Made by a program: the position numbers and the translations under genes. A stretch of DNA of 64,000 nt, from assembly GCA_965228875.1 (NCBI GenBank), contig OZ245843.1:4508616-4572615 (forward strand), read 5' to 3'. The notes under the pieces were generated by a model, which saw only the letters and a program-made list of their open reading frames with translations, searched no databases and had not been told where the DNA came from. Below are positions 39,506 to 49,480 of the stretch, piece by piece; the stretch's first letter is position 1, and every line of letters begins with the position of its first letter. The stretch is from Thalassobaculaceae bacterium. GTDB lineage: Bacteria; Pseudomonadota; Alphaproteobacteria; Thalassobaculales; Thalassobaculaceae.

Positions 39506-40231
39506 TCAGCTCTCGGCCTTGCGGCGGTTCCGGCGGGCCAACTGGTTCAGCGCCTCGACGGCAACCGAGAAGCCGATGGCCGCGTAGAGATAGCCGCGCG
39601 GGATGTGGAAATGCAGGCCGTCGGCGACCAGCGCCACGCCGATCAGCATCAGGAAGGACAGGGCCAGCATCTTCGCCGTGGGATGGCGTTGGATGAAGGT
39701 GGAGATCGGACCGGCGGCCGCCATCATGACGCCGATCGAGATGATGACCGCCGCGATCATCACTTCCACGTGCTCGACCATGCCGACGGCGGTCAGGATC
39801 GAGTCGATGCTGAACACCAGGTCCAGCGCCATGATCTGGGCGACCACGAGGCCGAACCCGGCGGCGACGACGGCGCCCGGGCCGTGATCCTCCTCCTCGC
39901 CTTCGACCGCCTTGTGGATCTCCAGGGTCGCCTTGGCCAGCAGGAACACGCCGCCGAGCATGAGGATGATGTCGCGCCAGGACACGTCCTGCCCCAGAAC
40001 TGAGAACGCCACCGCGGTCAGCCCGATGACCCATGTAATGACGAACAGCAGCGCGATGCGCATCACCAGTGCGCCGGCGAGGCCGATCGTCCGTCCGAGG
40101 GCGCGCTGATGCTCCGGCAGCCGGTTGGCGATGATCGACACGAAGATCACGTTGTCGATGCCGAGCACGATCTCCATCAGTGTCAGCGTCAGAAAGCTGG
40201 CCCAGATCGCGGGGTCGAGGAGGAGGTCCAT
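39506..40231 (-). CDS. TerC-family membrane protein
   Basis: LMEIVLGIDN, DLVFSIDSILTAVGM, IPRGYLYAAIGFS. Confidence 0.92.
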   Translation of the reverse strand: MDLLLDPAIWASFLTLTLMEIVLGIDNVIFVSIIANRLPEHQRALGRTIGLAGALVMRIALLFVITWVIGLTAVAFSVLGQDVSWRDIILMLGGVFLLAKATLEIHKAVEGEEEDHGPGAVVAAGFGLVVAQIMALDLVFSIDSILTAVGMVEHVEVMIAAVIISIGVMMAAAGPISTFIQRHPTAKMLALSFLMLIGVALVADGLHFHIPRGYLYAAIGFSVAVEALNQLARRNRRKAES

Positions 40232-40239
40232 GGCAGGTG

Positions 40240-40860
40240 TCAGCCCGTGGGGGTGCGCCAGGGATAGGCCCCGGCGTAGTCGGCCTCGAATGTGGCGAGC
40301 GTATCGGCATGCGCAAGGGTCAGGTCGATATCATCCTTGCCGCCGACCAGGCATTCCTTGACGAACGGATCAATGTCGAACCCGAAACTCTCGGGGTCGT
40401 TGGCCAGGCGCACGGTCTGACGTTCCAGGTCGACGGTCAGCGGTGCCGACGGATCGGCCTCGGCCATCGCCCAGATCCGCTCGATGGTCTCGATCGGCAG
40501 GACGATCGGCAGCAGTCCGTTCTTCGCACAGTTCGAGCGGAAGATGTCGCCGAAGCTCGGGGCGATAATGCAACGGAACCCGGAATCGGCGAGCGCGTAG
40601 ACCGCGCCCTCGCGGCTCGACCCGCCGCCGAAATTGCGGTCGGCCACCAGGATCTCGGCACCCGCGAACTGCGGTTGGTTCAGCGGGAAATCATCGCGCA
40701 GGGAGCCGTCGGCATTCCGGCGCAGGTCGTGGAAGAGATAGTTGTCGTAGCCGTCGGAGCGCGGCTTGCGCAGGAAGCGGCCGGGCTGCAGCTGGTCGGT
40801 ATCGACATTGGCCAGCCGCAGCGGCAGCACGGTCGAGGCGAGCTTGGTGAACGGTTCCAT
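40240..40860 (-). CDS. leuD: 3-isopropylmalate dehydratase-like small subunit
   Basis: NVDTDQ, NFGGGSSREGA, PSFGDIFRSNC.KNGLLP. Confidence 0.88.
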   Translation of the reverse strand: MEPFTKLASTVLPLRLANVDTDQLQPGRFLRKPRSDGYDNYLFHDLRRNADGSLRDDFPLNQPQFAGAEILVADRNFGGGSSREGAVYALADSGFRCIIAPSFGDIFRSNCAKNGLLPIVLPIETIERIWAMAEADPSAPLTVDLERQTVRLANDPESFGFDIDPFVKECLVGGKDDIDLTLAHADTLATFEADYAGAYPWRTPTG

Positions 40861-42263
40861 CACGCCTCTCCCAGCCTGCGGACGTCGGTGATGGTGCCCG
40901 TCACCGCGGCCGCGGCGGCCATGGCCGGGCTCATCAGGTGGGTGCGCGACCCCGGCCCCTGGCGGCCGCGGAAGTTGCGGTTGGTGGTCGACGCGCAACG
41001 CTCGCCCGGCGGCACCATGTCGCCGTTGGTGGCTGCACACATGGAACAGCCGGATTCCAGCCACTCGGCGCCGGCGCCCGTGAAGATCCTGTCCAGCCCC
41101 TCGGCCTCGGCCTGGCGTTTCACGCCGGAAGAGCCGGGGACGATCATGGTCGGCACGGCCGTGCGGCGATCCTTCATCACGGCGGCAGCGGCCCGAAGGT
41201 CCTCGATCCGCGCGTTGGTGCAGGAGCCGATGAACACCCGGTCGACGGCCAGCCCGTCCAGCGGCGCGCCGGGGGTGAGACCCATGTAGTCGACTGCCTT
41301 CTCGTATGTCGCCCGCCGGCCCTCGTCCGCTTCCCCGGACGGGTCGGGCACCGACGCGGTCACCGGCAGGGCGTGCTCCGGGCTGGTGCCCCAGGTCACG
41401 GTCGGGGCGATCTCGTCGGCATGGATCTGAACTTCGCGGTCGAACGCGGCGCCGTCGTCGCTCTTCAGGCCGCGCCAGAACGCGACCGCGGCATCCCAGT
41501 CGGCGCCCTTCGGCATGTAGCGGCGGCCCTCGAGCCAGGCGATGGTCGTGTCGTCCGGCGCGATCATGCCGGCTCGGCCGCCGGCCTCGATGGACATGTT
41601 GCACACGGTCATCCGGGCTTCCATGGAGAGGTCCCGGATCGCCTCGCCGGCGTATTCGATGACGTGGCCGGCGGCTCCGTCGGCGCCGATCCTGGCGATG
41701 ATCGCGAGGATCAGGTCCTTGGCCGTGACGTGGTCGCCGAGCCGACCGTCCACGGTGATCCGCATGGTCCTCGGCCGTTTCTGCCAGAGTGTCTGCGTAG
41801 CGAGCACATGGCTCACCTCGGACGCGCCGATGCCGAAGGCCAGCGCCCCGAACGCCCCGTGGGTCGAGGTGTGGCTGTCGCCGCAGACCAGCACGATGCC
41901 GGGCTGGGTGAGGCCGAGTTCGGGTCCGACCACGTGGACGATGCCCTGGTCCGGGTCGCCGATCCCGAACTGGCGGATGCCGTGGGCCTGGCTGAACTCG
42001 TCGAGCAGGCGGATCATCGTGGCGATCTCCGGCTCGTCCGGCCCGGCGTCGCGGTTGCGGGTCGGCACGTAGTGGTCGGCGATGGCGAAGGTCAGGTCGG
42101 GCCGGCGCACCTTGCGGCCTTCCAGGGCCAGCTTCTCGAAGGCGTGGAACGAACCTTCATGGGCGAGGTGCCGGTCGATCCACAGCAGCGTCTGCCCGTC
42201 GTCGCGGGCGGTGACGGTGTGGGCGCGCCAGATCTTTTCGAAGAGGGTCAGGGACTCGGTCAT
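40860..42263 (-). CDS. leuC: 3-isopropylmalate dehydratase-like large subunit
   Basis: [50 protein letters not shown]. Confidence 0.9.
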   Translation of the reverse strand: MTESLTLFEKIWRAHTVTARDDGQTLLWIDRHLAHEGSFHAFEKLALEGRKVRRPDLTFAIADHYVPTRNRDAGPDEPEIATMIRLLDEFSQAHGIRQFGIGDPDQGIVHVVGPELGLTQPGIVLVCGDSHTSTHGAFGALAFGIGASEVSHVLATQTLWQKRPRTMRITVDGRLGDHVTAKDLILAIIARIGADGAAGHVIEYAGEAIRDLSMEARMTVCNMSIEAGGRAGMIAPDDTTIAWLEGRRYMPKGADWDAAVAFWRGLKSDDGAAFDREVQIHADEIAPTVTWGTSPEHALPVTASVPDPSGEADEGRRATYEKAVDYMGLTPGAPLDGLAVDRVFIGSCTNARIEDLRAAAAVMKDRRTAVPTMIVPGSSGVKRQAEAEGLDRIFTGAGAEWLESGCSMCAATNGDMVPPGERCASTTNRNFRGRQGPGSRTHLMSPAMAAAAAVTGTITDVRRLGEA

Positions 42264-42308
42264 GGCGACGAGAGTAGCCGGGTTGGAGGGGAGGGCAAGG
42301 GGGCGGCG

Positions 42309-42824
42309 TCATTCCTTCACGGCCATCGGTATCCCGGCGACCACCAGCTCGACCCGGTCCGCGCGTTCCGCGATCCGTTGGTGCAGGCGGCCGGCGTGGT
42401 CTCGGAACTCACGGGCCATCGCGTGCTCCGGCACGATGCCGAAGCCGACCTCGTTGGAGACCAGGATCGCCGGCCCCGTAGGCGCGTCGGTCCAGGTGAG
42501 CAGGGCGGCGGTGGCGGCCTCGATGTCGCGGCCGTGGACCATCAGGTTGGTCAGCCAGGTGGTCAGGCACTCGACGAGGACGATCCGTCCCAACCGGGCC
42601 TCGCGGGCCAGGATGGCGGCGAGATCGAGCGGCTCCTCCACCGTCAGCCATCCGTGGGCGGCCCGGTCCTCGCGGTGCCGGGCGATGCGTTCGGCCATCT
42701 CGTCATCCACCGCTTGCGCCGTGGCGAGGTAGACGACCTCCAAACCCGCCTCCCGGGCGAGCGCTTCGGCCCGGCGCGACTTGCCGGACCGGGCCCCGCC
42801 CAGGATCAGGGTGAGGCTGGTCAA
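42309..42824 (-). CDS. cobU: Adenosylcobinamide kinase / phosphate guanylyltransferase
   Basis: GGARSGKS, EMAERIARH, LVSNEVGFGIVP, REFRD.AG. Confidence 0.93.
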   Translation of the reverse strand: MTSLTLILGGARSGKSRRAEALAREAGLEVVYLATAQAVDDEMAERIARHREDRAAHGWLTVEEPLDLAAILAREARLGRIVLVECLTTWLTNLMVHGRDIEAATAALLTWTDAPTGPAILVSNEVGFGIVPEHAMAREFRDHAGRLHQRIAERADRVELVVAGIPMAVKE

Positions 42825-43978
42825 AGGGCCGCCGCCGTGCCGAGCAAGGCGGTGGATTCATGGGCGAACATGCCGCCATTGCCATGGGCGAGGCCGATGG
42901 TGGCGCCCTCGACCTGCCGCTCGCCGCACTCGCCGCGCAGCTGGCGCACCGCCTCCACCGAAGTGAAGATGCCGAGCATGCCCGGATGGGTGCAGGACAG
43001 CCCGCCGCCATAGGTGTTGAACGGCAGCGCGCCGCCGGGCCGCAGCCTGCCGTCGCTAACGAAGGCCCCGCCCTCGCCCTTGGGGCAGAAGCCGAGATCT
43101 TCCAGCAGCATGACGGCGTTGATGGTGAAGGCGTCGTAGACCTGGACCACGTCCACATCCGCAGGTGTCAGCCCGGCCATGGCGAATGCCTCGCGCCCGC
43201 TCTGCACCGCCGCCGTGGTGGTGAGCGACGGCATCATCGAATACTGGCGGTGGGTATGCCCGCCGGCGCAGCCCAGCAGGTAGACCGGAGCCTGTTTCAG
43301 GTCCTTCGCCCGGTCCGCCCGTGTCATGACGATGGCGCCGCCGCCGTCGGTCACCAGGCAGCAGTCGCGCACGGTCAGCGGGTCGCAGACCATGCGGGAA
43401 CCGAGCACGTCGTCCACGCTCAGCGGATCGCGCATGAATGCCTCGTCGTTCATCCCGGCCCACATCCGCGCGGCGACGGCGACCTCGGCGAGTTGCTCGC
43501 GGGTGGTGCCGTTCTCGTACATGTGCCGGGCGGCGGACATCGCATAGCCGGCGATCGGCGCGCGCAGGCCGTAGGGCTTCTCGTAGGGCAGGTTCTCAGC
43601 TCCGGACGGCGAGTGGAGCTTGCCGGACGCCGTGCGCTGGTTCGAGCCGTAGACGATCAGCGCCACGTCGCAGAGCCCGTTCTCCAGCGCCAGCGTGGCG
43701 GTCTGCATCTGGATCACCGCCGAGGAGCCGCCGACGATGGTGGCCTCGGAATAGCGCGGTTGGATGCCGAGATATTCGGCATAGGTCAGGGCCGGGAACA
43801 CGGAATGCATGGAGACGGCGAACAGCCCGTCCACATCCTTGAGCGTCAGCCCGGCATCGGCCAGCGCGGCGCGGGCGGCGTCGGCGGCGATCTCCATGTG
43901 GCTGTAGCCCGGCGCCTCGCCCAGATGGGCGGTGGAGGCGCCGACGATGGCGGTCTTGCCGCGATGGGACCAGGTCAT
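42821..43978 (-). CDS. Thiolase-like protein (SCP-x/Ltp2 type)
   Basis: DCCLVTDGGGA, YDAFT, NTYGGGLS.THPG, EAVRQLRG; GGSS at the usual catalytic Cys position. Confidence 0.88.
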   Translation of the reverse strand: MTWSHRGKTAIVGASTAHLGEAPGYSHMEIAADAARAALADAGLTLKDVDGLFAVSMHSVFPALTYAEYLGIQPRYSEATIVGGSSAVIQMQTATLALENGLCDVALIVYGSNQRTASGKLHSPSGAENLPYEKPYGLRAPIAGYAMSAARHMYENGTTREQLAEVAVAARMWAGMNDEAFMRDPLSVDDVLGSRMVCDPLTVRDCCLVTDGGGAIVMTRADRAKDLKQAPVYLLGCAGGHTHRQYSMMPSLTTTAAVQSGREAFAMAGLTPADVDVVQVYDAFTINAVMLLEDLGFCPKGEGGAFVSDGRLRPGGALPFNTYGGGLSCTHPGMLGIFTSVEAVRQLRGECGERQVEGATIGLAHGNGGMFAHESTALLGTAAAL

Positions 43979-44388
43979 GCGCCGCCTCCCAGGTCTGCAC
44001 TGGTGGGCGCCGCATCGAAGACGACGACGGTCCGGCCGTCCTGCTCGGCGAGGCGGGCGGTGACGGCCATGCCGATGGCGACCTCGGTCGGGGCCATGCC
44101 CTCGACCCGGCTCATCATCCGCACGCCCTCCTCCAGATCGACCAGGCAGACGTTGTAGTCGCCGCCCCGCTCCGGCTTGCGCCGCACCACGGTGGTCGAG
44201 TGAACGGTCCCCTTGCCGCTGGGCGCCACCCAGTCGAACGCCTCGGCGCCGCAGGTCGGGCACATGACGCGCGGCTGGAAGATATGGGTGTCGCAGGAAC
44301 CGCAGCGCTGAATGCGCCAGTCCCCGGCCTCCAGATAAGCGAAGTAGGCGGCGTCGGGGCCGCCGGGAGCGGGCTTGGCGTCGGGCAT
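43975..44388 (-). CDS. DUF35 Zn-ribbon/OB-fold protein
   Basis: QRCGSC...PRVMCPTCG, SGKGTVHS, VDLEEGVRMMS. Confidence 0.9.
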   Translation of the reverse strand: MPDAKPAPGGPDAAYFAYLEAGDWRIQRCGSCDTHIFQPRVMCPTCGAEAFDWVAPSGKGTVHSTTVVRRKPERGGDYNVCLVDLEEGVRMMSRVEGMAPTEVAIGMAVTARLAEQDGRTVVVFDAAPTSADLGGGA

Positions 44389-44426
44389 GCGGTCTCCTCC
44401 TGATTATCTTTCTTTGCTTCCAACAC

Positions 44427-44539
44427 GTCTCCCCGGCCTCGTGCCGGGGTCCAGGGTGGGGGTCGCTGGGGCGCCGGGCCCTGTGCCTCGATTGCTCCAG
44501 CAAGCGTCCGTCTGGGTCCCGGCACGAGGCCGGGAAGAC
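44427..44539. repeat. REP-like extragenic palindromic element
   Basis: 28-bp inverted arms GTCTCCCCGGCCTCGTGCCGGGGTCCAG / CTGGGTCCCGGCACGAGGCCGGGAAGAC with 3 mismatches; each arm is itself a hairpin. Confidence 0.75.
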
Positions 44540-44560
44540 CGTGATGTGTCTTTCAGGGCG

Positions 44561-46105
44561 TCAAACCACCCGCCCCTGCGCCCTTGCCCGCGGGTCCCCG
44601 ACCGCGACCGCCATGCCGTCGGCGTCGACCGAGATGGTCTGGCAGACCGCCATCATCGGGTCCCTGACCGCATTGACGGTCAGGTTCAGGCCAAGCTCCG
44701 CCGCAACCGCCTTCGCCGTGTCGGCGATGTCCGGATCGCACATCATCTGGTCCTCCTCGGCGTGGATGCGGGCTTCGCGCACCGCCTTCTCCAGCGGGAT
44801 CTCGCGGCCGAGATGGTGGAACAGGATCTGTGTCAGGGCGGTGACGATGCGGGTGGCACCCGAGGCGCCGATCGCCATGGCCGCGCGGCCGCCCTCGAAC
44901 AGCAGGGTCGGCATCATCGACGAGGCCGGGCGCTTGCCGCCGACCACCGAGTTGGCGCTGCCCTCCCAGGCGTGGAACAGCCGCATCTGGTTGTTCAGGA
45001 GGATGCCGGTGCCGGGCACGACCACGGCGGAGTGGTTGTTGTTGGAGAAGGTGATGCAGGCGGCGTTGCCGATCGCATCCATGGCGCAGAGGCTGGTGGT
45101 CTCGCCGCTTTCGCCGCCGGGGGCGATGGGCGAGGGGACGAAGGCCGGATCGCCGAGCCCCTGGCGGCGGGCGGTGAAGATCGCCAGCATCGCCTCGGCC
45201 AGGGCCTTGGTGCGGCCCTTCTCGGTGTCCGGCACGCCGGCGGCGTCGAGGGCGGCGAGACCCCTAGCGACCATGAAGCCGGTCGAGGGCGGCCCCATGG
45301 TGGCGAAGCTGCGGCCCCGGTAGCTGCCGCCCGCCGGCGCGCGCCGGACCACGTGGTAGCTGGCCAGGTCGTCGGCGGTCATGAAACCGCCATGGGCCGC
45401 CATCTCGGCGACGATCCTCGTCGCCAACTCGCCCTCGTAGAAGGCGCGCGGACCTTCCTCGGAGACCAGTTCCAGGCTGTCGGCATAGTCCGACATGTCC
45501 ATGCGATCGCCGGGCTGGAAGAGCGTCCTGCCGTCCTTCAGCAGCATGGCGGCGGTGGCCGGCATGTAGGACAGCATCGACTCGGTGCGCTTCATCCGCA
45601 GGGCCGCCTTCGGCGCCACGTTGAAACCGTTGCGGGCGATGCGGATCGCCGGCGCCATCACCGACTTCAGCGGCATCCGCCCGAAGGTGTCCAGCGCCCG
45701 GCACAGGCCGGCCGCCGCCCCGGGGACGGCGACGGAGCGGTGGCCGATCTCGTTCGCCTTGTCCTTGACCAGGATGGTGTAGTCACCCAACGGGTTGACC
45801 GACTGGAACAGCTCGTACTTGGCATTGACCGGCGCGGTGCCCATGAAGTCGAAGGTGGTGGTCGTCTTGGTCCGGGCATGGTGGACGGTCATGAAACCGC
45901 CGGCGCCGAGCCCGCTGTCCAGCGGCTCGACCACGCCCATGGCGAAGGCCGTGGCGATCACCGCGTCGATGGCGTTTCCTCCCCGCTCCAGGATCTCGAC
46001 CCCCGCCTCGGCAGCGTCGGGATTGCCGCAGGCGACGGCGCCGAGTTTCATGGGCGCGCGCTCGAAGCCAACCCAGTCGGCGTTCGGGTCAAAACCGTCG
46101 GGCAT
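44561..46105 (-). CDS. Gamma-glutamyltransferase-family Ntn hydrolase (no signal peptide)
   Basis: GGNAIDA, VVEPLDSGLGAGGF, VAVPG, ETTSL..D..GNA, GKRPASSM.PT, DPR. Confidence 0.88.
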   Translation of the reverse strand: MPDGFDPNADWVGFERAPMKLGAVACGNPDAAEAGVEILERGGNAIDAVIATAFAMGVVEPLDSGLGAGGFMTVHHARTKTTTTFDFMGTAPVNAKYELFQSVNPLGDYTILVKDKANEIGHRSVAVPGAAAGLCRALDTFGRMPLKSVMAPAIRIARNGFNVAPKAALRMKRTESMLSYMPATAAMLLKDGRTLFQPGDRMDMSDYADSLELVSEEGPRAFYEGELATRIVAEMAAHGGFMTADDLASYHVVRRAPAGGSYRGRSFATMGPPSTGFMVARGLAALDAAGVPDTEKGRTKALAEAMLAIFTARRQGLGDPAFVPSPIAPGGESGETTSLCAMDAIGNAACITFSNNNHSAVVVPGTGILLNNQMRLFHAWEGSANSVVGGKRPASSMMPTLLFEGGRAAMAIGASGATRIVTALTQILFHHLGREIPLEKAVREARIHAEEDQMMCDPDIADTAKAVAAELGLNLTVNAVRDPMMAVCQTISVDADGMAVAVGDPRARAQGRVV

Positions 46106-46241
46106 CTCGGAATCCTCCAGGAAGGGCCGCCCCTTGACGCGGGACCGGCAAAGGCTAGACAAACCGTACGCACATACACAAGGTCCCTTCGCCGCCCCGT
46201 CCGGTGTCGGCCGTCCCTGAAACAGCCAGTCGAGGCCTATC

Positions 46242-47237
46242 GTGAGCGAAGCGCCCACCGTCCTGCTGATCGGCAAGAACTCGATCCGCCGCGCCGACTT
46301 CCTGGCCGAGCACACCGAGAGCGATATCCGGTTCATCTCCTGCGACGCGGCCGAGGAGCCGGAGCGGCTTGAGCAACTGATGCCGGAGGCGGACGTGCTG
46401 GTCGGCGGCGGCCGGGTGAAGGTGCCGGCCTCGAACCGGCTCAAGCTCTATCAGATCCCGTTCACCGGCTACGACTGGATCACGGCCAAGGACCTGCCCA
46501 AGGGCGTGCTGTTCTGCAACACCCACGAGCACGAGACCACCATCGCCGAGCATATTCTGGCCGGCATGCTGGAGTTCCAGACTGGTCTGATGCGCGATAC
46601 CCACCCGGTGATGGTCGAGAAGTCGTTCAACGGCCGCTCGATCTCCGCCGGACCGTTCCACCGCGAGATGCGCGGCTGCACGGTTGGCATCGTCGGCTAC
46701 GGCCATATCGGCCGCGAGGTCGCCCGGCGCTGCAAGGCGTTCGACATGCGGGTCCTGGCGGTCAGCCGCACGGTGCGTGACGAGCCGGGACTGGTGGACG
46801 ACTACCGCAGCGTCGCCGACGGACTGGAGTGGCTGTGCCGGGAGAGTGACTTCGTCATCGTGTGCGCGCCGCTGGACGACACCACCCGCGGCATGATCGG
46901 CGCCGCTCAGTTCAGGGCGATGAAGCCCGACGCGGTGATCTGCAATGTCGGCCGCGGCGAGGTGATAGACGAGGCGGCGCTGTACGAGGCGCTGTCCTCC
47001 AAGCGCATCCGCGGCGGCATCATCGATGTCTGGTACGTCTACCCGTCCAAGGACGATCCGAACCCCTGGCCGTCGCGCTTCCCGTTCCAGAAGCTCGACA
47101 ACGTGATCCTGTCGCCGCACAACTCTGCCTGGACCGAGCCGATGACCACCCGGCGCTGGCTGTTCGTCGCCAAGCAACTGGACCGGTTCGCGCGGGGCGA
47201 GACGCTGGAGAACGTGTGCTTCGAGGGCGAGGCCTAA
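46242..47237 (+). CDS. D-isomer-specific 2-hydroxyacid dehydrogenase
   Basis: GIVGYGHIG, NVGRG, DVW, LSPHNS. Confidence 0.9.
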   Translation: MSEAPTVLLIGKNSIRRADFLAEHTESDIRFISCDAAEEPERLEQLMPEADVLVGGGRVKVPASNRLKLYQIPFTGYDWITAKDLPKGVLFCNTHEHETTIAEHILAGMLEFQTGLMRDTHPVMVEKSFNGRSISAGPFHREMRGCTVGIVGYGHIGREVARRCKAFDMRVLAVSRTVRDEPGLVDDYRSVADGLEWLCRESDFVIVCAPLDDTTRGMIGAAQFRAMKPDAVICNVGRGEVIDEAALYEALSSKRIRGGIIDVWYVYPSKDDPNPWPSRFPFQKLDNVILSPHNSAWTEPMTTRRWLFVAKQLDRFARGETLENVCFEGEA

Positions 47238-47995
47238 CCCCACACCGCCTTGCGGATCAGGTTGGCGCCCATCACCGCCATCGCCAGGAACACGGCCTGA
47301 CGGAAGCGGGTCTGCGGCAGGTACCGGCGGACCCGCGTGCCCAGCGCCATCGCCGCCAGGGCCGCGACCAGGGCGGCGGCCGAGAGCGGCAGGGTCTCGG
47401 CGGTGATCCCGCCATTGGCCCAGATCGCCGTCACCCAGACCAGTCCGGTCAGGAAGAAGGACAGCCCGACGCCCTGGACGTACTCGTCGCGCGTCAGATC
47501 GAGGCTGGCGAGATAGACCGCGATCACGATGCCCTGGCTGCCCGTCATGCCGCCGATCACCCCGGAGATCAGGCCGACCGGCACCGACAGCATGCCCTCG
47601 CGCCGGCGTGGGATCGCCGGGATGGCGCCCGTCACCTGCATCGCGGCATTGGCGATCAGCAGCGTGCCGAGCCCGACCTGCATCCAACGCGGGTCGACGG
47701 CGAACAGGATCTCGGTCCCGATCCAGAGCCCGACCGACGCGGCGGCGTTGAGCAGGCCGAACCGCCGCGCGAGCGCGCCCATGGCCCCGACCTGGACCAC
47801 CTGCCACAGGTTCGAGATCAGCAGCGGGACGATGAGAATCCCGATCGCCATGCGCAGGTCGATGGCGTTGGCGAGGATCGCCATGGCGATGGTCGGCAGG
47901 CCGAGCCCGACGATCCCCTTGACCCCGCCCCCGATCGCGAAGGCGAACGCGGTCAGCAGGATGAGCGTCGGTGTGGGCAGGATCAGGTCGGGCAT
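47234..47995 (-). CDS. TauE/SafE-family (sulfite exporter-like) permease
   Basis: GGVKGIVGLGLP and SGVIGGMTG motifs; about 8 TM segments. Confidence 0.85.
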   Translation of the reverse strand: MPDLILPTPTLILLTAFAFAIGGGVKGIVGLGLPTIAMAILANAIDLRMAIGILIVPLLISNLWQVVQVGAMGALARRFGLLNAAASVGLWIGTEILFAVDPRWMQVGLGTLLIANAAMQVTGAIPAIPRRREGMLSVPVGLISGVIGGMTGSQGIVIAVYLASLDLTRDEYVQGVGLSFFLTGLVWVTAIWANGGITAETLPLSAAALVAALAAMALGTRVRRYLPQTRFRQAVFLAMAVMGANLIRKAVWG

Positions 47996-48078
47996 GCTCG
48001 GTCAGCCGGAGGTCGGTGGTTCAGCCGGCGCGTCACGGCGCATAGGCCCGGGCCGGCGTTTCTGCTATTTCGGGCCGC

Positions 48079-48843
48079 ATGGTTCTTGAGATTCACGAGA
48101 CGGGGTTCGACGCCGGCCGGATCGAGGCGGTCCGGGTGGCGTTGATGCGGGACGGGTTGGATCCCGGCGCCAACGGCTTCCTGCACTTCGCCTCGGCACC
48201 GGGCGGCTCGGCCAAGCGGACGATCTTCAATATGCTGGCCCGCCTGTTCTGGGAAGGCCCAATCGTGCCGCTGTACCGGGCCGCCTACGGCACCGAACCA
48301 CTGCTTCTCGTCAGCTATTCCGGGATCCGACAGCACCGCGGGGGCGGTGCCGCGACGCGCGTGTCCTGGCACCTGGACGCGAATTTCGTCGGGTTCGGCG
48401 GCCGGTTCCTGACCAGTTGGGTCCCGCTCGTCGAGGTCGGCACGCGGGCACCGGGTCTGGAGTTCTGCGTGCCCCGCGATCCGATGGAACCGACGGCGGT
48501 CGCTGAAGCCTGGCGCGGCGTGCCGCTGGACGATCAGGGCCGGAAGGTGCTGGACGACAGCAGGATACCCGGCTTCCTTGGGGAAGCGAGCGAGCGGTTC
48601 GCCCTGCGGCTCTCGCCCGGCGGTTACGCGGCGTTCGACCAGTTCGTTCTGCACCGCACCCAGATCGCGGATGGCATGAACGAAGACCGTCTGGCGGTCG
48701 AGTTTCGGGCCTGCGACCGTGACGATCCCGCCCCCGACCTGCCGCCCGAGGTCCGCCGGGAGGTGGTCGCCATGTGGCTGGACCGCTCGAGCGGAGGACT
48801 CACCATCGGTCCGCTGACGGCGGCGACCGGCGACGCGTCCTGA
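48079..48843 (+). CDS. PhyH-like Fe(II)/2OG dioxygenase
   Basis: WHLD, TSWVPL, GLEF, PGG..FDQFVLHRT, RLAVEFR. Confidence 0.7.
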   Translation: MVLEIHETGFDAGRIEAVRVALMRDGLDPGANGFLHFASAPGGSAKRTIFNMLARLFWEGPIVPLYRAAYGTEPLLLVSYSGIRQHRGGGAATRVSWHLDANFVGFGGRFLTSWVPLVEVGTRAPGLEFCVPRDPMEPTAVAEAWRGVPLDDQGRKVLDDSRIPGFLGEASERFALRLSPGGYAAFDQFVLHRTQIADGMNEDRLAVEFRACDRDDPAPDLPPEVRREVVAMWLDRSSGGLTIGPLTAATGDAS

Positions 48844-48850
48844 GCGCCGC

Positions 48851-49480
48851 TCAGGCGGTCGCCTTCTCCATCAGGAACCAGGTGACGTCGTCGGCCGGGA
48901 AGGCCGGATCCCGGTGGTACTGGAAGCCGTAGTCGATCAGCCGCAGATCGGGGAAGCGGTCCAGCATCTCGCCGGCGAAGTCGCGTTTGAACAGCCGCTC
49001 GCCATGGCCGCGATAGGGGATCGTGACGGGGCTCGGGTTGTAGTACTCGGACACCAGGATCAGCCGCGAGGCGGCAGCGTGCAGGTTGTCGTACACCGTT
49101 GCCAGCGCGTCCGGGTTGATGTGGATCAGAACACCGGAGCAGAAGGCCAAGTCGAAGCGCCGGGTCACATGGCGTTCCAGGATCGATCCGTGATGCACCT
49201 CGACGCCGTCGAGCGCGTTCAGAACCTCGACCGCCCGGGCGTTGATTTCGATGGCGGCGAGGTCGATCTCCGGCAGCAGGTGACGCAGCGCCACCAGGTT
49301 GATGCCGACATTCGGTCCGAACTCGACCGCCGAGGAGACGCCGCCCGCGCGCTTGAGCGCGTTGGAGAACAGATGGGTGCGCGACGCCAGAAGTGCCGCT
49401 CCCCGGTTGCGCTCGACATAGTCGTCGCCGAACGCGCCGCTCCAGAACGCTTCCTGCTCGGTGCGCCACCCTGTGGTCAT
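48851..49480 (-). CDS. Pseudaminic acid biosynthesis-associated methyltransferase
   Basis: EQEAFWSGAFGDDYVERN, GVLIHINP, EYYNPSP, YRGH..LFKRDFAG. Confidence 0.88.
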   Translation of the reverse strand: MTTGWRTEQEAFWSGAFGDDYVERNRGAALLASRTHLFSNALKRAGGVSSAVEFGPNVGINLVALRHLLPEIDLAAIEINARAVEVLNALDGVEVHHGSILERHVTRRFDLAFCSGVLIHINPDALATVYDNLHAAASRLILVSEYYNPSPVTIPYRGHGERLFKRDFAGEMLDRFPDLRLIDYGFQYHRDPAFPADDVTWFLMEKATA

